A stretch of DNA of 64,000 nt, counting the filler, from Ionaspis alba (Eukaryota), in the NCBI GenBank assembly GCA_964255285.1. It is 16 parts of 16 records of this genome, joined end to end, with 100 filler letters (N's around TTAATTAATTAA, not from the genome) between each part and the next. Parts side by side here need not be neighbours in the genome. Positions count along the whole stretch, not along the records: positions 24,888 to 28,894 come from CAXUUL010001147.1; positions 28,995 to 32,990 come from CAXUUL010001148.1; positions 33,091 to 37,079 come from CAXUUL010001149.1; 13 more parts are not named here. One strand, 5' to 3'. The notes under the pieces are model-generated. The model did no database searches. It was given only the letters and a program-made list of their open reading frames with translations, and was not told where the DNA came from. Below are positions 24,888-37,179 of the stretch, piece after piece. Position numbers and translations under genes: made by a program. Positions within the stretch are counted from its first letter, which is position 1. The number at the start of each line of letters is the position of its first letter.

Positions 24888-25640
24888 ACTCTGACACGAG
24901 CCCGCGAAAATCAGCGTCGTTCGAGAGCTAGACGAAAGGAATATCTAGTGGATCTGGAAACCAAGTATCGAAACTGCGAACTTCTTGGAGCGGAAGCGTC
25001 CGCGGAGATACAGTTGGCGGCCAGGAGAGTCGCTGAGGAGAACAGGAGCTTGAGAGATTTACTGAGGGAGAGGGGAGTCGAAGACCATGAGATTAACGCT
25101 CATCTCAAGGCTTCGATAGCCACAACTGACCATGCTCCCACTGGAACCGTTCTCAATGGAAAGAAGCCTTGTTCTGGGCAGCAGATCCACGGTGTCACTC
25201 AATCAAACCGGACTACACCGTTTCCCACAGCTCATAGTCAGCCACAAGTGGTTGGTAAGGAAAAGCCACAAGAAACACCGTTATCTGGGACGATGGCGCC
25301 TGTTGTGAGGCTCGCCATGAACGAACCTATGACGGAGCCGTCGTTGCTCGGTGACACAGGGTTTGCCGACGAAGCTATTTTCCAGCTCTCTGGTGATGGT
25401 CAACCATGGATCGGTACAGATCCTGAGAAACATTGGGAAAACCACTCAGAGCACGGAACGACCTCGTCCTGCAACTTCGCGGCTTCCATGATTGCCAGCA
25501 TGACTCTCGAGGTTTCAGAACTTCAAATCAAATCCGATTTGGGCTGTGGGCCTCTTGCGGATTGCAAGGTGTCGAATTCGGCTTTATTCGAGATAATGGA
25601 TAAATACTCTCCGGGTGCATCTCACCTAAACTTACACTGA
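24888..25640 (+). CDS. bZIP transcription factor (5' end lost at contig start)
   Basis: Basic region ARENQRRSRARRKEYLVDLE, then EIQLAARRVAEENRSLRDLL. C-terminal SCNFAASMI...DLGC...CKVSNSALFEIMD. Confidence 0.85.
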   Translation, partial: TLTRARENQRRSRARRKEYLVDLETKYRNCELLGAEASAEIQLAARRVAEENRSLRDLLRERGVEDHEINAHLKASIATTDHAPTGTVLNGKKPCSGQQIHGVTQSNRTTPFPTAHSQPQVVGKEKPQETPLSGTMAPVVRLAMNEPMTEPSLLGDTGFADEAIFQLSGDGQPWIGTDPEKHWENHSEHGTTSSCNFAASMIASMTLEVSELQIKSDLGCGPLADCKVSNSALFEIMDKYSPGASHLNLH

Positions 25641-26867
25641 CCGAGAATTGAGATGGCACATCACTCACGGCAGAAAGTAAGGGCTATGGTAGCTCACAGA
25701 TAACTTCCCATACTGCTGAGAAGATTTTGCAAAGGCATCAACGTCTCTCAGAATGTGTTACGCTCCCAACAATTCCTCGTCGCCATCAGCTAGTCTACAT
25801 CAATAAACAGGTCTCGTTGTCGACAATTGAGCGTCATCTACATCAGCTTAAATGGCGGAGAATGGAATGACTCTATTGTCTTCGCTAAAGCCACTCCCCC
25901 ATGGAAGGCGCTGTTCCTTTTAGGCAGAAACTCTGGAGAGGCGCCAGAATCATCAAAGCCTAATGGAGTTCTGTGCGCCATTACGAGAGCAGCACTACTT
26001 AAAGTCTATATGGCCCCGGCTTACGGCCTCATTGTGATTTGCAAAGTATCAAGGGCTGTGACCACCTCCGGCGATGCGATAGTTTCGAGCTATACGCCGC
26101 TTCTGCTCAAAAAGTCTCGAAAACGCCATGCAACATTTGTGATCAATTCTGGATAGCTAGGCCGGTTTGACAATGGGGATGTCAAACCAGTTGGCGCAGG
26201 GGTCCCCACCAATATCGAGAGTGTTCCGAGGCAAATGAATCAATTGACCTATAGCTTCTGCGTGGTTCTTGCTGCTTGGGCTCACGTGTCTGGCGTTATA
26301 TGAGGATGAAGATCGAGTTCCCTCTTCCGTTGGCTCAGAGAACTCTTTTCAACGACGGCTTACTTATGCTCAACTCGGCCATCGATGTATTCTTATAGTC
26401 CGAAACCTTCCATGCTTTTCTGAATGCTTACACGATGTGCCCTGCACAAGAAAACCGGGATCTCTCCAAACAAATCACAATGAGCACAAAGGACTGCTTT
26501 GTAGGTACGAAATCTCATAGTAAAGGGAGGAAATTCGAGTTGACTCATGAGACTTTGCCAGCTGGCCGACAGAAGTCCCGACGCGATTCTTGTTTCACCC
26601 GAACATCGTATAAACAATGTAAGAGTGCTGGACTAAACATCCCATAGGCTCACGAGATTCAGTCTTCCAGATTATGCTTGTTGACAGGGTTTGAGCGGTG
26701 ATCAAGTGGGCTTCATGTCGATATAAGAACAACTGATCGCTTTCGCTATGAAGCATTAAGGATTTATCCTGATTCCGTTATAAGCTACTCTTTATGAATT
26801 TTCCTCATGCGTCCGGGTATCTCTGCTCTTTTCGCTGGCATTATATACACAAACGTGTTCATTGGCG

Positions 26868-28244
26868 TTACTGATTCAAGAGTTAGCTGGAACAACCTTG
26901 GCTCTATTACCGAGTCATAATAAAGCTCACCAAAAAGTAATCGGCCACGGGCTTTTTCGCGGGCATGCCCTTGTAATCCTGCGGGGCTGCTTCAAATACC
27001 CTATATCTCCTACCTGGTCCCATTCTTGGCTCGACGTTGAGCATACTCTGGCTCATTGGAGCATCCCCGTTGCTGCGTGCAACAATGCCGCCGTTGCTGG
27101 TATCCTCTCCCAGTTCCAAAATCGCTGCCACGTTACCACATCGATAACAGTAGTTAGGCGCTGACCATACCGTAACAATGCTCGAGTCAAACATTTCCTT
27201 GAAGCCCTCCATTACTAGCTGATGCGCTCGGGCAACCAAGGATAAGTCATTGATGTGATTAAAACGTTTGACGATGTCAGCTCCGAACAAGAATCCAGCA
27301 CCTCTCGGCGATAAGCCCCAGCCATCAATTTCATCCGGATCGCTCCAAAGTAGATCACACATCGCGCCCTCGTGTGGGACCTCTTGCTTGCGGTCGAGAA
27401 GTCTGATGCGGTCGATTGTTTCGACCAAAGGACTAAGTCCACCATGAACGCAGAGCACAGCACCCGCCCCAGTTTCTCTCGATCCTCCACTATCACCTGA
27501 TGCCCCAGTGCCACTTGCTCCATTTCTTGTAGGTGTATGAGAGCTGGGTGATGCGACAGGAGATGATGCTATAGTTTCACTGTCGGATGCTTTCCGTCTA
27601 TTCCTTGGAAATCTGGCCGTCACCGAGTTGTGCGAGTTCATGACCTCAATCTCTATATCTAGATCGTCTGCAGGCAGCGTTGTTTGTGTGTCCTCGTCGC
27701 GGGTAGTTGTAGGTTCTAATGCAGTGCTGGTTCCCAAGACAAGTGCGCCCAAAGCCAAGTAGTCAAAGACTTCACAACAGTGCCGCCAAACATTGGCGCT
27801 TCCGTACTTCCTCAAGCATTCATCGTAGAACCCATATACTGTCGTGATTTGGCGTGACTCGTGGTTGCCTCGTATCAGAGTGATTCTGTCTGGATATCTA
27901 ACCTTCAGGCACAGGAGGAGCAGGAAGCTTTCTAATGAGTAAAAGCCACGGTCCACAAAGTCCCCCATGAAAAGGTAGTTCGTGTCTGGTACGTCGCCTC
28001 CTACTCGAAACAGCTCCATAAGGTCATGAAATTGACCGTGTATGTCACCGCATATCGTCACAGGCGCGTCGACCTGCACGACATTGCTCTCCTCCACCAG
28101 CAATTCTCGGGCTTTGAAGCATAATTCCCGCACTTGCGATTCGGGGATTGTTCGACAGGCGCGGAGTTCAGCGATGGCTCTGGATATGTTAGATGCGGAT
28201 ACAAGGGAGGGGCAAGAGCTGAATCACTTGTCGAGATCGCTCAT
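26868..28244 (-). CDS. PPH3: serine/threonine protein phosphatase 4 catalytic subunit
   Basis: [32 protein letters not shown] and SAPNYCY. The C-terminus KKPVADYFL is PP4-type. Introns at 28180-28227 and 26871-26930. Confidence 0.93.
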
Positions 28245-28486
28245 CGCTGTAGTAGGCACGCTGCCCAGTATATAGAGTGTTGTAGTAAGATGCGATCTCA
28301 GCGTAAAGGAATGTACTACCTAGAGTTCAAATGCACGTATGGTAGTGGTGAACAGCATACGCAAAGCGCAAGTCTGAATCTTGAAAACTAAGGCCTTTTC
28401 ACACGGTGTATTGCTCAAAATAGCTGCTCAGTAGTGTCCTAGCACCCCACGTTAAACGGCTGGCGAAGGTGTGGAATAAATAGTTG

Positions 28487-28894
28487 GAATCGATTTTCCA
28501 ATCGATTTCGCTTTGCCAAGATTTTTAATTTTTTCCTAATTAATAAAAAAAATAAAAAATGTAATGTCATGGTTTGGCCCTGGGAGAACCTCGGGACCTG
28601 AAGAAATCTTATTTTAATTAAAAAAACGTTGTGTCGGTCAACACTAAAACTTTTAATATTTTATTTTATAATAAATTATATTGTCAAGGTCGAGCAAGAA
28701 ATAATTAAACCTTATTAATTACGGGTCAGAATAGGTGGCTAATATCTTTAAATTTTATAATAAAATATAGATATAAAATATATATAAAAAGAAAAACGGG
28801 AAATGTCAAGGTCGAACAAAAGATAATTAAATTTTATTGATTATTGTTGAAATAATAGCGGGTAAGGGGTACCGCGATTAGGCGGAAGGAAATC
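28487..28894. repeat. AT-rich degenerate ~120-bp tandem repeat, probable RIP-like transposon relic
   Basis: Sharp shift to AT-rich sequence. TGTCA(A/T)GGT cores at about 28565, 28682 and 28804; the last two continue as GTCGA-CAA-A-ATAATTAAA--TTATT. The block ends at a contig break. Confidence 0.55.
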
Positions 28895-28994
28895 NNNNNN
28901 NNNNNNNNNNNNNNNNNNNNNNNNNNNNNNNNNNNNNNTTAATTAATTAANNNNNNNNNNNNNNNNNNNNNNNNNNNNNNNNNNNNNNNNNNNN

Positions 28995-29867
28995 ATCTCG
29001 TTGATGACAAATGATCTGGCCGGGACACAGCCAGAGCCTCCTATGATCCAGAATCCACACCACTCGATCCATTCGCATAAGTAGTGTGGATAAAGCACTA
29101 ATCTGAACAGTCCGTTCTCCGGAACCATGTAGACTTTCTCCACGCTCCTCCCCTCACCATTCTCACTTTTCTCTTTTGCTCTTCGCTCTTGACTTCGTGC
29201 GGCAGCTCGCCGAATCTCTCGTAGCTCATCGTCGTGAAAGATATTCCCCAACAGTCCGAGTGCAAAGACGATCAAGCCAACTTCGATGTAAATCTTCCGC
29301 CCTTCCCAGTCTTTTACAGTTCTCGGTCCGTAACCAGCAAGCCAACCACCAATACACGTGGCATTCACTACTTGGAACGAAAAAGCAAGTATCCAAACAA
29401 AGACGTGGATAGGAGACATGCTGGGATTTAGGAAGAGGGGGGCAACAACGGCACGATATAAGTAATGAAGCGTCTGCGGCACTGGTCAATATTGACAGGT
29501 TCATGCTTGACATTCTTGGGGTCTCACGTACGAATAAACCAGCCATAAGCCAATTGGCTCCCGGTAATGTCTCAATGCCGTTTTTCTGCGGTAAGCTATA
29601 CATGATATAAAGAAGGGTAATGAAGCCAGGAGCCTCCATCGTCGCCCATCCTATCTTTCCAGGTATGTTGAATTGAGATTTTATGGAAGTCTTGCCTTGA
29701 GGATAGAAATCCACCAGCCACTGGATGATTGTTACCTGCAGTATTTGAGCATTCCGATCAGGCTGTGTTTGAATGAGGCAACGCACGAGTGGAAAGAATT
29801 GCCAAAACCACATCACCAGCTCCCAGTTTTCCCGGCTGGGAGGAAGCCAATTCTCCACGATTGCCAT
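28995..29867 (-). CDS. 3-oxo-5-alpha-steroid 4-dehydrogenase (steroid 5-alpha-reductase family; 3' end truncated)
   Basis: GWATMEAPGF, HYLYRA, GNIFHDDELREIR and YMVPENGLFRLVLYPHYLCEWIEW. Two introns. Confidence 0.9.
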
Positions 29868-30262
29868 CTTACAGTCGTTAGCTGTCAATATGGACCTTGC
29901 TAATCAAGAATATTTCGTGAATGATGGATCGCTTATGCTTATATTAGACTATGTACCAAGCTCCGGTACTTGTTGAAGGAGATGGAGCAATCGTCATTAC
30001 CACCCCCCTGTCGTCTTAACCCTGCCTCGCCGCTATCCTAGCGTAATCAGGAATTCACCCCACCTAGAAAAATCCAGTGTCGATTTTGTATCCTAGTCAT
30101 TCGTTTCATCTCTACTCCCCTCCTCCTCCAGTTGGCTTTATACGTGATTCAAATACTCTGCCTCTCACTTGTTTCAAACAGATTTGGACAACGCGTTCAA
30201 TCATCTTCTTCTGTGGTCCGAGAAGTATCAGAGCAAGCCAAAGGAGACCGTTGAACGCTAGA

Positions 30263-32764
30263 ATGGTGCAATCGTAAGTCCATAGACGTGGAAGCTCATT
30301 GTTCTCTCGAACTCACACAGTCCCAGATCAGTCCTAGGCTTCCCTCGTATGGGAGTGAACCGCGATCTCAAGAAAGCAACGGAATCATACTGGGCAGGCA
30401 AGCTCTCCCAGGAGGAGCTGCTGGCTGAGGGCAAGCGTCTTCGTCAAGAGCACTGGAAAATTCAGAAGGATGCGGGAATCGATATCATCCCCAGCAACGA
30501 CTTCTCCTACTACGATCATGTTCTGGACCACATCCAATTCTTCGGAGTAGGTCATGGTCACGGACGCGAAGGCCCTGCTGGGAGCCATAGTTTCTAATTA
30601 CCTATAGGCTATTCCCGAGAGATATACCAAATACAACCTTGCTCCCATTGACGAGTTTTTTGCAATGGGAAGAGGTCTCCAGAAGCCTGCTAAGGACGGC
30701 GAGGCAGCCATTGATGTGCCAAGTCTGGTATGTGCTCCTGCTGGCCATTCTTTCCATTGCTAACAATCACTTACTGTGTCTTAGGAAATGGTGAAATGGT
30801 TCGACTCAAATTATCACTACGTCAAGCCCACACTGCAAGATGGCCAGACCTTCAAGTTGAAGTCAGACCCGAAGCCTGTTGTCGAGTTCCTCGAAGCCAA
30901 AGAGGCCGGCATCACCACACGTCCTGTCCTTGTTGGTCCCGTCTCCTTCCTTGCTCTCGGCAAGGCGGATCGTAGTCAAACCGTGGAACCAATTTCCTTG
31001 CTTGACAAACTTCTCCCAGTCTACGAGGAACTTCTGGTCAAGCTCAAGGAGGCTGGGGCTGAGACTGTTCAAATCGATGAAGCTGCTCTGGTCTTTGACC
31101 TCCCACCAAGAGTCAAAGCAGCCTTCAAGCCAGCATATGAGAAGCTCGTTGGCCTTGGCGACAAGATCCCCAAGTTGGTTTTCACTACCTATTTTGGAGA
31201 TATTGTACATAACATCGATGTTCTTGCATCTCTTCAAAGCCTCTACGCCATCCACGTCGACCTTGTGCGACACCCAGAGCAGCTAAAAGAGATCATGGGT
31301 GCCCTTGGCCCCAAGCAAACTCTTTCTGTTGGTGTCGTTGATGGACGCAACATCTGGAAGACTAACCTTAAACGTGCCATCGAGACGGTCGAAGCAGCTA
31401 TCCAACAGCTTGGCAAGGACCGTGTTATTGTCGCCAGCTCTAGTTCTCTACTACACACCCCTCACACGCTTGCAAGCGAGAAAAAGCTTGACGAAGAAGT
31501 TAGAGACTGGTTTAGTTTTGCTGTTGAGAAGACCCACGAGTTAGCTACAATTGCAAAGGCCGTGACGGAAGGCCCAGCCGCTGTTCGCGAAGCTCTCGAA
31601 GCCAACGCAAAGTCGATCCAAGCCCGTGCGAGTTCGAAGCGCACGAACGACCAGAAGGTGAAGGACCGACAATCGAAAGTAACGGAGGACATGGTCAACC
31701 GCAAGTCGTCCTTCCCTACCCGAATCGCTGAGCAGCAAAAGAACCTCAAGCTTCCTCTCTTCCCTACCACCACCATCGGCTCATTCCCTCAGACGAAGGA
31801 GATCCGTGTACAAAGAAATCGCTTCACCAAGGGCGAGATTAGCCCAGAGGAATACGAGAAGTTCATTGAAAAGGAAATTCAGGATGTCGTGAAAATTCAG
31901 GAAGAGCTTGACTTGGATGTATATGTTCATGGCGAGCCAGAGAGGAATGACATGGTCCAATACTTCGGGGAGCGCTTGACCGGATACGTCTTCACTACAC
32001 ACGCGTGGGTCCAAAGTTACGGATCTCGTTGTGTCCGCCCTCCTATCATTGTGGGTGACATTTCTCGTCCAGAGGCAATGACTGTAAAGGAGTCAAAGTA
32101 CGCCGCTTCCATCTCAAAGAAGCCCATGAAGGGCATGCTTACTGGTCCGATCACTTGTCTTCGATGGTCGTTCCCTCGAGATGACGTTCATCAGTCAGTG
32201 CAAGCGGAGCAGCTTGCCCTGGCTCTGCGTGACGAAGTTGTAGACCTTGAATCCGCAGGAATCTACGTCATTCAGGTCGATGAGCCCGCTCTTCGTGAGG
32301 GTCTGCCATTACGCGCCGGTTTGGAACGTGAGAACTATCTGTCATGGGCGGTTAAATCCTTCCGTCTCTCTACCGCTGGTGTCAAAGATTCTACTCAGAT
32401 CCATTCCCATTTCTGCTACTCAGAGTTTCAGGATTTCTTCCACGCTATCGCAGCACTAGACGCAGATGTTCTCAGCATTGAGAACAGTAAGAGCGATGCC
32501 AAACTTCTCAAGGTCTTTGTAGACGAAGCCTATCCTCGTCATATCGGACCTGGTGTGTATGATATCCACTCTCCCCGTGTACCAAGCGAACAGGAGATCA
32601 AGGATAGAATTGAGGAGATGTTGCAATACCTCAAGCCAGAGCAGCTTTGGATCGACCCCGACTGCGGATTGAAGACCCGTCAATGGAGTGAGACAAAGGC
32701 AGCCCTGACCAACATGGTCAACGCTGCCAAGTTCTATCGCCAGAAGTACAGCAAGTCGTCTTGA
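30263..32764 (+). CDS. MET6: cobalamin-independent methionine synthase
   Basis: [54 protein letters not shown] and [11 protein letters not shown]. Three 5' introns. Confidence 0.98.
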
Positions 32765-33090
32765 GTCAGACGCCATGGGCGGATATCGCAATGTGTAACG
32801 ACGAAATGTTCAACAGCATGACTCGACCTCAACCTCCGTGGATAGATCGGTGTTTCGATCTCAACATCGGCGTTATATGGACAGATTTGGTGAGCGTGGT
32901 ATCATCTACCAAAAGCTTCATTAGATCTGCAAACTCTGGACTGGAAAAGCGATCTTTCAACTAGCGGTCCCGTATTCAACATGGTACCGCNNNNNNNNNN
33001 NNNNNNNNNNNNNNNNNNNNNNNNNNNNNNNNNNTTAATTAATTAANNNNNNNNNNNNNNNNNNNNNNNNNNNNNNNNNNNNNNNNNNNN

Positions 33091-34186
33091 GAGTTGGGGG
33101 GTGGGAGACCGGGAGATGGGAATGCAGGACGATGGTTGGAGTGGCTGGAGTTGGAGGTCGAGTTCGAGTGGTAGTAGGGGGGACGAGCGGAGGAACTGTT
33201 ATTGTCCCGGTCGATGCCGAGGCCTTGGTTGGCGATGACGTCGGCGATGGGGGGAAGTCGGTTTTGGGTTTGCGTGGCCGGGACGTGGTGGATGTGGGAG
33301 GTGTTGCTGAGGTTGGAGGGCTGGTTGGCGACGTGCCGGGTTAAGGGGTTGGGTTGGTGTCGGCCGGTGAAGGATTGGTGGAGCGGGGCGGATTGGATGA
33401 CGCGCTCGTTGGCAAATTGTTCGTGAGAGGGTGGAACGATGGAGAGGCCTGGTGGGGGACGCTTTTTGGAGGTCATGGGGGTTTTGAGGCCGGAGCCGAA
33501 GGGGTTGAGTTCCGAAGTTCGTTCGCCCCCTTCGGAGGGCTTGGCGGTTTTTTGTAGCCGGGATTCGATTATGTGCCGTTGTTGGTCGCGGACGGAGATG
33601 CTGCGTTGCAATTGTTCTCGCATATTGGGGTCTTGGGTCTGGAAGCCAGGTGAGAGGCAGGCGAGTCCGACATCGTGCATTCCGAGGCTGCCGCTTTCTC
33701 GAGCTGTCAATGGTGCAGACGGACGAGAGGTCATCGACGCTGATCCTTGACTTTGAGGTGTACTCGAGGTGAGATCGAGTTTGCGGGGTCGGTGCCTAGC
33801 CGTCGTTGGACCTTCGGGAGAAGAAGGGGGTTCTTTCTTCACGATAATTTTTGGTGGGTGGCCTTGCCTGGCTCTGTACATTACATTAGATCTTCTATGC
33901 ATGATTGTAGCTTTTGATCGAGTCCGATGGAGTAGACTCACGAAAGAGGAGACCGTTTCCCATCAGGTGAGATCTTTTGCTGCGCCGCCCCTTCGCTGAT
34001 TACCACCGGTGCACTAGGAGTGGCTGAAGCGGAGGACTTCCTTTCATTGGGAGTTGTTGCTTGATTTGATGGCGCGATTGTTGGATATGACGGTTTTGGA
34101 CTGGAGTCGAGCTGAGGCCGGGGCGGTGCCAGTGGAGGAGCGATTGATGCGACTGCTGTCGACATTGTGTATGACTGTTGTTCCAA
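33091..34186 (-). CDS. conserved-looking Pro/Ser-rich hypothetical protein with MAPK-docking-like motifs (3' truncated)
   Basis: Two exons with an intron at about 33874-33941. Ordered blocks GLACLSPGF..MREQLQRSISVRDQQRHIIESRL and NERVIQSAPL lie within a disordered sequence. Confidence 0.75.
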
Positions 34187-36289
34187 CTCGAGGAGAAGAG
34201 CAAGATCGAGTTTGTCGTGTGAAGAATTGAAGAGGAAAAAAGGACTCTCCTTTGCAGCAACGAAGATAGCAAGGGATCGACGAAATGCGTGAAGGCTTAT
34301 TCAGTCGGTTTTGTCGCTTGTGAGCAGGCTCGTTCGCAGTAGAGTCACGACCAGGTTCAGCGGTCGAAATGCGAAGTCTGTTGGCTGCCCCCGTCGAATA
34401 GCCGCTCGGACAAATCGTTCTCCCCTCAACTATTACTCCTCCGGTCGAGTGCAACTGGAATTAGAGAGAGGCAAAGCGATGAGCGAGTGGAAAAGATGAC
34501 GAGGAGAATCCTAATAATGAGAGAGAAGAAGAGGAGAGAGAAGAAGAGGAGGTGGAAGAAGATTGTCGTGAGGTGCGAAACAGAAGGGAAGGAGGAGGAG
34601 GGGTGGTGAGACGGCAGTGTGGAAAAATGGTTAGAGAGTAGTAGAGTTTCAACGATGGAAAGATTACTGGGGGTGCGGCGGCGGATTGGTTCGCAAGGAT
34701 TGTCCCTCAGCAAGAGCCTTTTTGCGACTGTCGATTCCAGGTCGAAACAACTCTAACAGCGGTCGTTTTGATTATAGCATAATATATCCCTGTCGAACGA
34801 TGGAAAGGAACAGTAGGAGCAGAGTTCGTGTACAGCTACGATTGATATATAAAGATATCTATTTTTTCAAAGATCTTCTACAGATACCCTCGGGCAAACT
34901 TTGTTGGTCATCATTGATCCCGAACACATGCGGAGTGAAAAATACAATATCTTTTTCTGTGCATGTGCGAGAGTGTGTTCGCTTTGTTCCGTGAGCACAG
35001 AACCACTGTACCTGCAAGCCTAAACAGAGGCTGTACGGAAAGACCATCGTACCATCTCCGTTCCATCAGTGCTCCTCCCTTGAAGCGTCACCCTCCAAGT
35101 CTGCGGCATGCACCAGAGACGATCATACACGCCATTCAAAGCCTGATGGTTAGAGCCAACGGCTTGCCTTAAATATCAGTGGCCTTTCCCCCCTCCTCTT
35201 TGCCACTGTTTCTCCTTCAGCTGGCAATGACCTCCCTAGTATCTGTATCGAGTACCAGCGCGCTCTGGTTCTTCGTCCCGACAAGTACTTACAGAAGCTG
35301 ATCCGCTGCTTGGCCAATTGTTTACCATGATCTGTCCGCCTTTCGCAGGCGTTTCTGTAACATGTTGAATCGTACAGGCTTTCCCCAATCCTCCCGACGA
35401 TTCTTCGAACACACTTCCACGCTCGCAGCAAGATTAATCCCGGCAGTTTGTCGTGTTATTCTCTTGACCAGACTCTTTGCGCGCATTGTGGTAGCATTCG
35501 GCGCCCTCCATAACGCCTTGGTAATCTACCAATCGCAATCTTCTTCCCGGACTGCGAAGCACCCGTAAGCGCGCATGAAACACGGGGGAAGGTAATCTGG
35601 CCCCACGGTTCCGAAGTAACGTGAACCATGGTAATCATGTTCAACGGTCTTCAATTATCAGGCACAAATATATCGATCGCAAAATCTAATCTCTCTTCTG
35701 GGTGAAGTAAAAAGCATATCGCAAAAAATAACTCGAACGTCGCATGCCGCTTGTTGGTCACAAGAATGCACCAAGTATTGAATTCGGTCCCACGCGTATA
35801 CATACAAGACAACCTTCGCTCAATCGAGCCATTAGAGGATGTGCTTCAGCGCCGGAGTGGCCGTGAGCGGTTGTGGCACAGCAGCTGCCACGACTGCACC
35901 ATTCATGCCGTGATCGCTCGAATCGTTGCTCGATGCAGCAAGACGGCCGACATCCATGCATCACTCTGCTGCACTACTATTCTACCGTCGCTAACCACTA
36001 CCTCATTGATCCCTCGGGCATGATAACTGTCCCTCTCCTATCTTCTTGAGCCTTTTCTATTCGTCTTTGTCGCACTTAATGCCGCGCGCTTGTGTGGACT
36101 TGGACTGTTGATGTAGGTACCTGCAATCATGTGACGTTCTTGTTTGGGCATCGATTCCGGCCCTCGCTAAATTGGCTGTAAAATGCGGCTGAATCTCATA
36201 CATGTTCTGAATTTGTACTACTGTACCGCTCTGTCTATGGTTGATTATAGCTGTACCAGGATAATCTGGCTTCGGACTTCTCTTGCGTC

Positions 36290-37079
36290 ATGGCAGATCT
36301 GATTACCATTATTGGTTTGACGGCATCTATCGTTCAACTCATAAATGCCACAACAAAGGCTTACGGCTACCTCAAAGATGCCAGTAGCGCTGAGAAAGCA
36401 CGAGCAAAGGTCTCTTTGGAGGTCATCAGTCTCGTGCCCCTACTCACCGACCTCCGCCTTCGCATCGAGCAAGCAGATCCAAACGATAAATGGATTGAGA
36501 ATTTTCTAGCACTCGGTGGGCACAATGGTCCTGTGCAGCAATTCAGAGGAGCAATGGACGAGTTGCTAGAGTTGTTGAAGCCAGAAGTTTCTAAGAGGAA
36601 GCGAATTGGCAAAGCCTTCGCCTAATCGGTCGAGCAAGATGAAGTCAAATATCTTCTTTTAAGAATTGAAAGGTTCAAGAGTTTTCTCACGCTAGCACTG
36701 CAACATGATCATATGTAGGTTATGTGTACTCGTTTATGGTCCGACACCTAAAACTGTCCAAGGGAACTGTCCCGAGCCATCAAAGCAGACACTTCAGAGA
36801 TATCGGTCCTTGGTGGAGGGATGAAAGCAATAGCAAGAGGAGTGGATGACTTGAGCTTGAAAGCAAATGGTGCGGCGAATTGGCCGATTAGTACCTCTGG
36901 GTATTATATGGCTTACCCGGATTGCAGGTTATGAGCGCCGAGCGAGAGAACATGAGCGGACAACGCTCTTGAACTGGCTGTCACCATTGGACTTTAACGC
37001 AATGCAGCACGCAGCTTTTGCCGTGCATGAAAAGAACACTGGACAATGGCTTCTTGATTCTACTGAATTCCAACGGTGG
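36290..37079 (+). pseudogene. NLR-like (HeLo-like N-terminus plus start of NACHT region) gene with premature stop
   Basis: MADLITIIGLTASIVQLI..., then an in-frame TAA at 36623-36625 (FA*SVEQDEV, where W-P-F is usual). The frame continues IERFKSFLTLAL, then after introns LLNWLSPLDF..QH..HEKNTGQWLLDSTEFQRW. Confidence 0.8.
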
Positions 37080-37179
37080 NNNNNNNNNNNNNNNNNNNNN
37101 NNNNNNNNNNNNNNNNNNNNNNNTTAATTAATTAANNNNNNNNNNNNNNNNNNNNNNNNNNNNNNNNNNNNNNNNNNNN

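Noticed and set aside
25650..26800. Short ORFs between the bZIP and PP4 genes
   Set aside because: They are fragmentary, interrupted by stops and have no recognisable homology.
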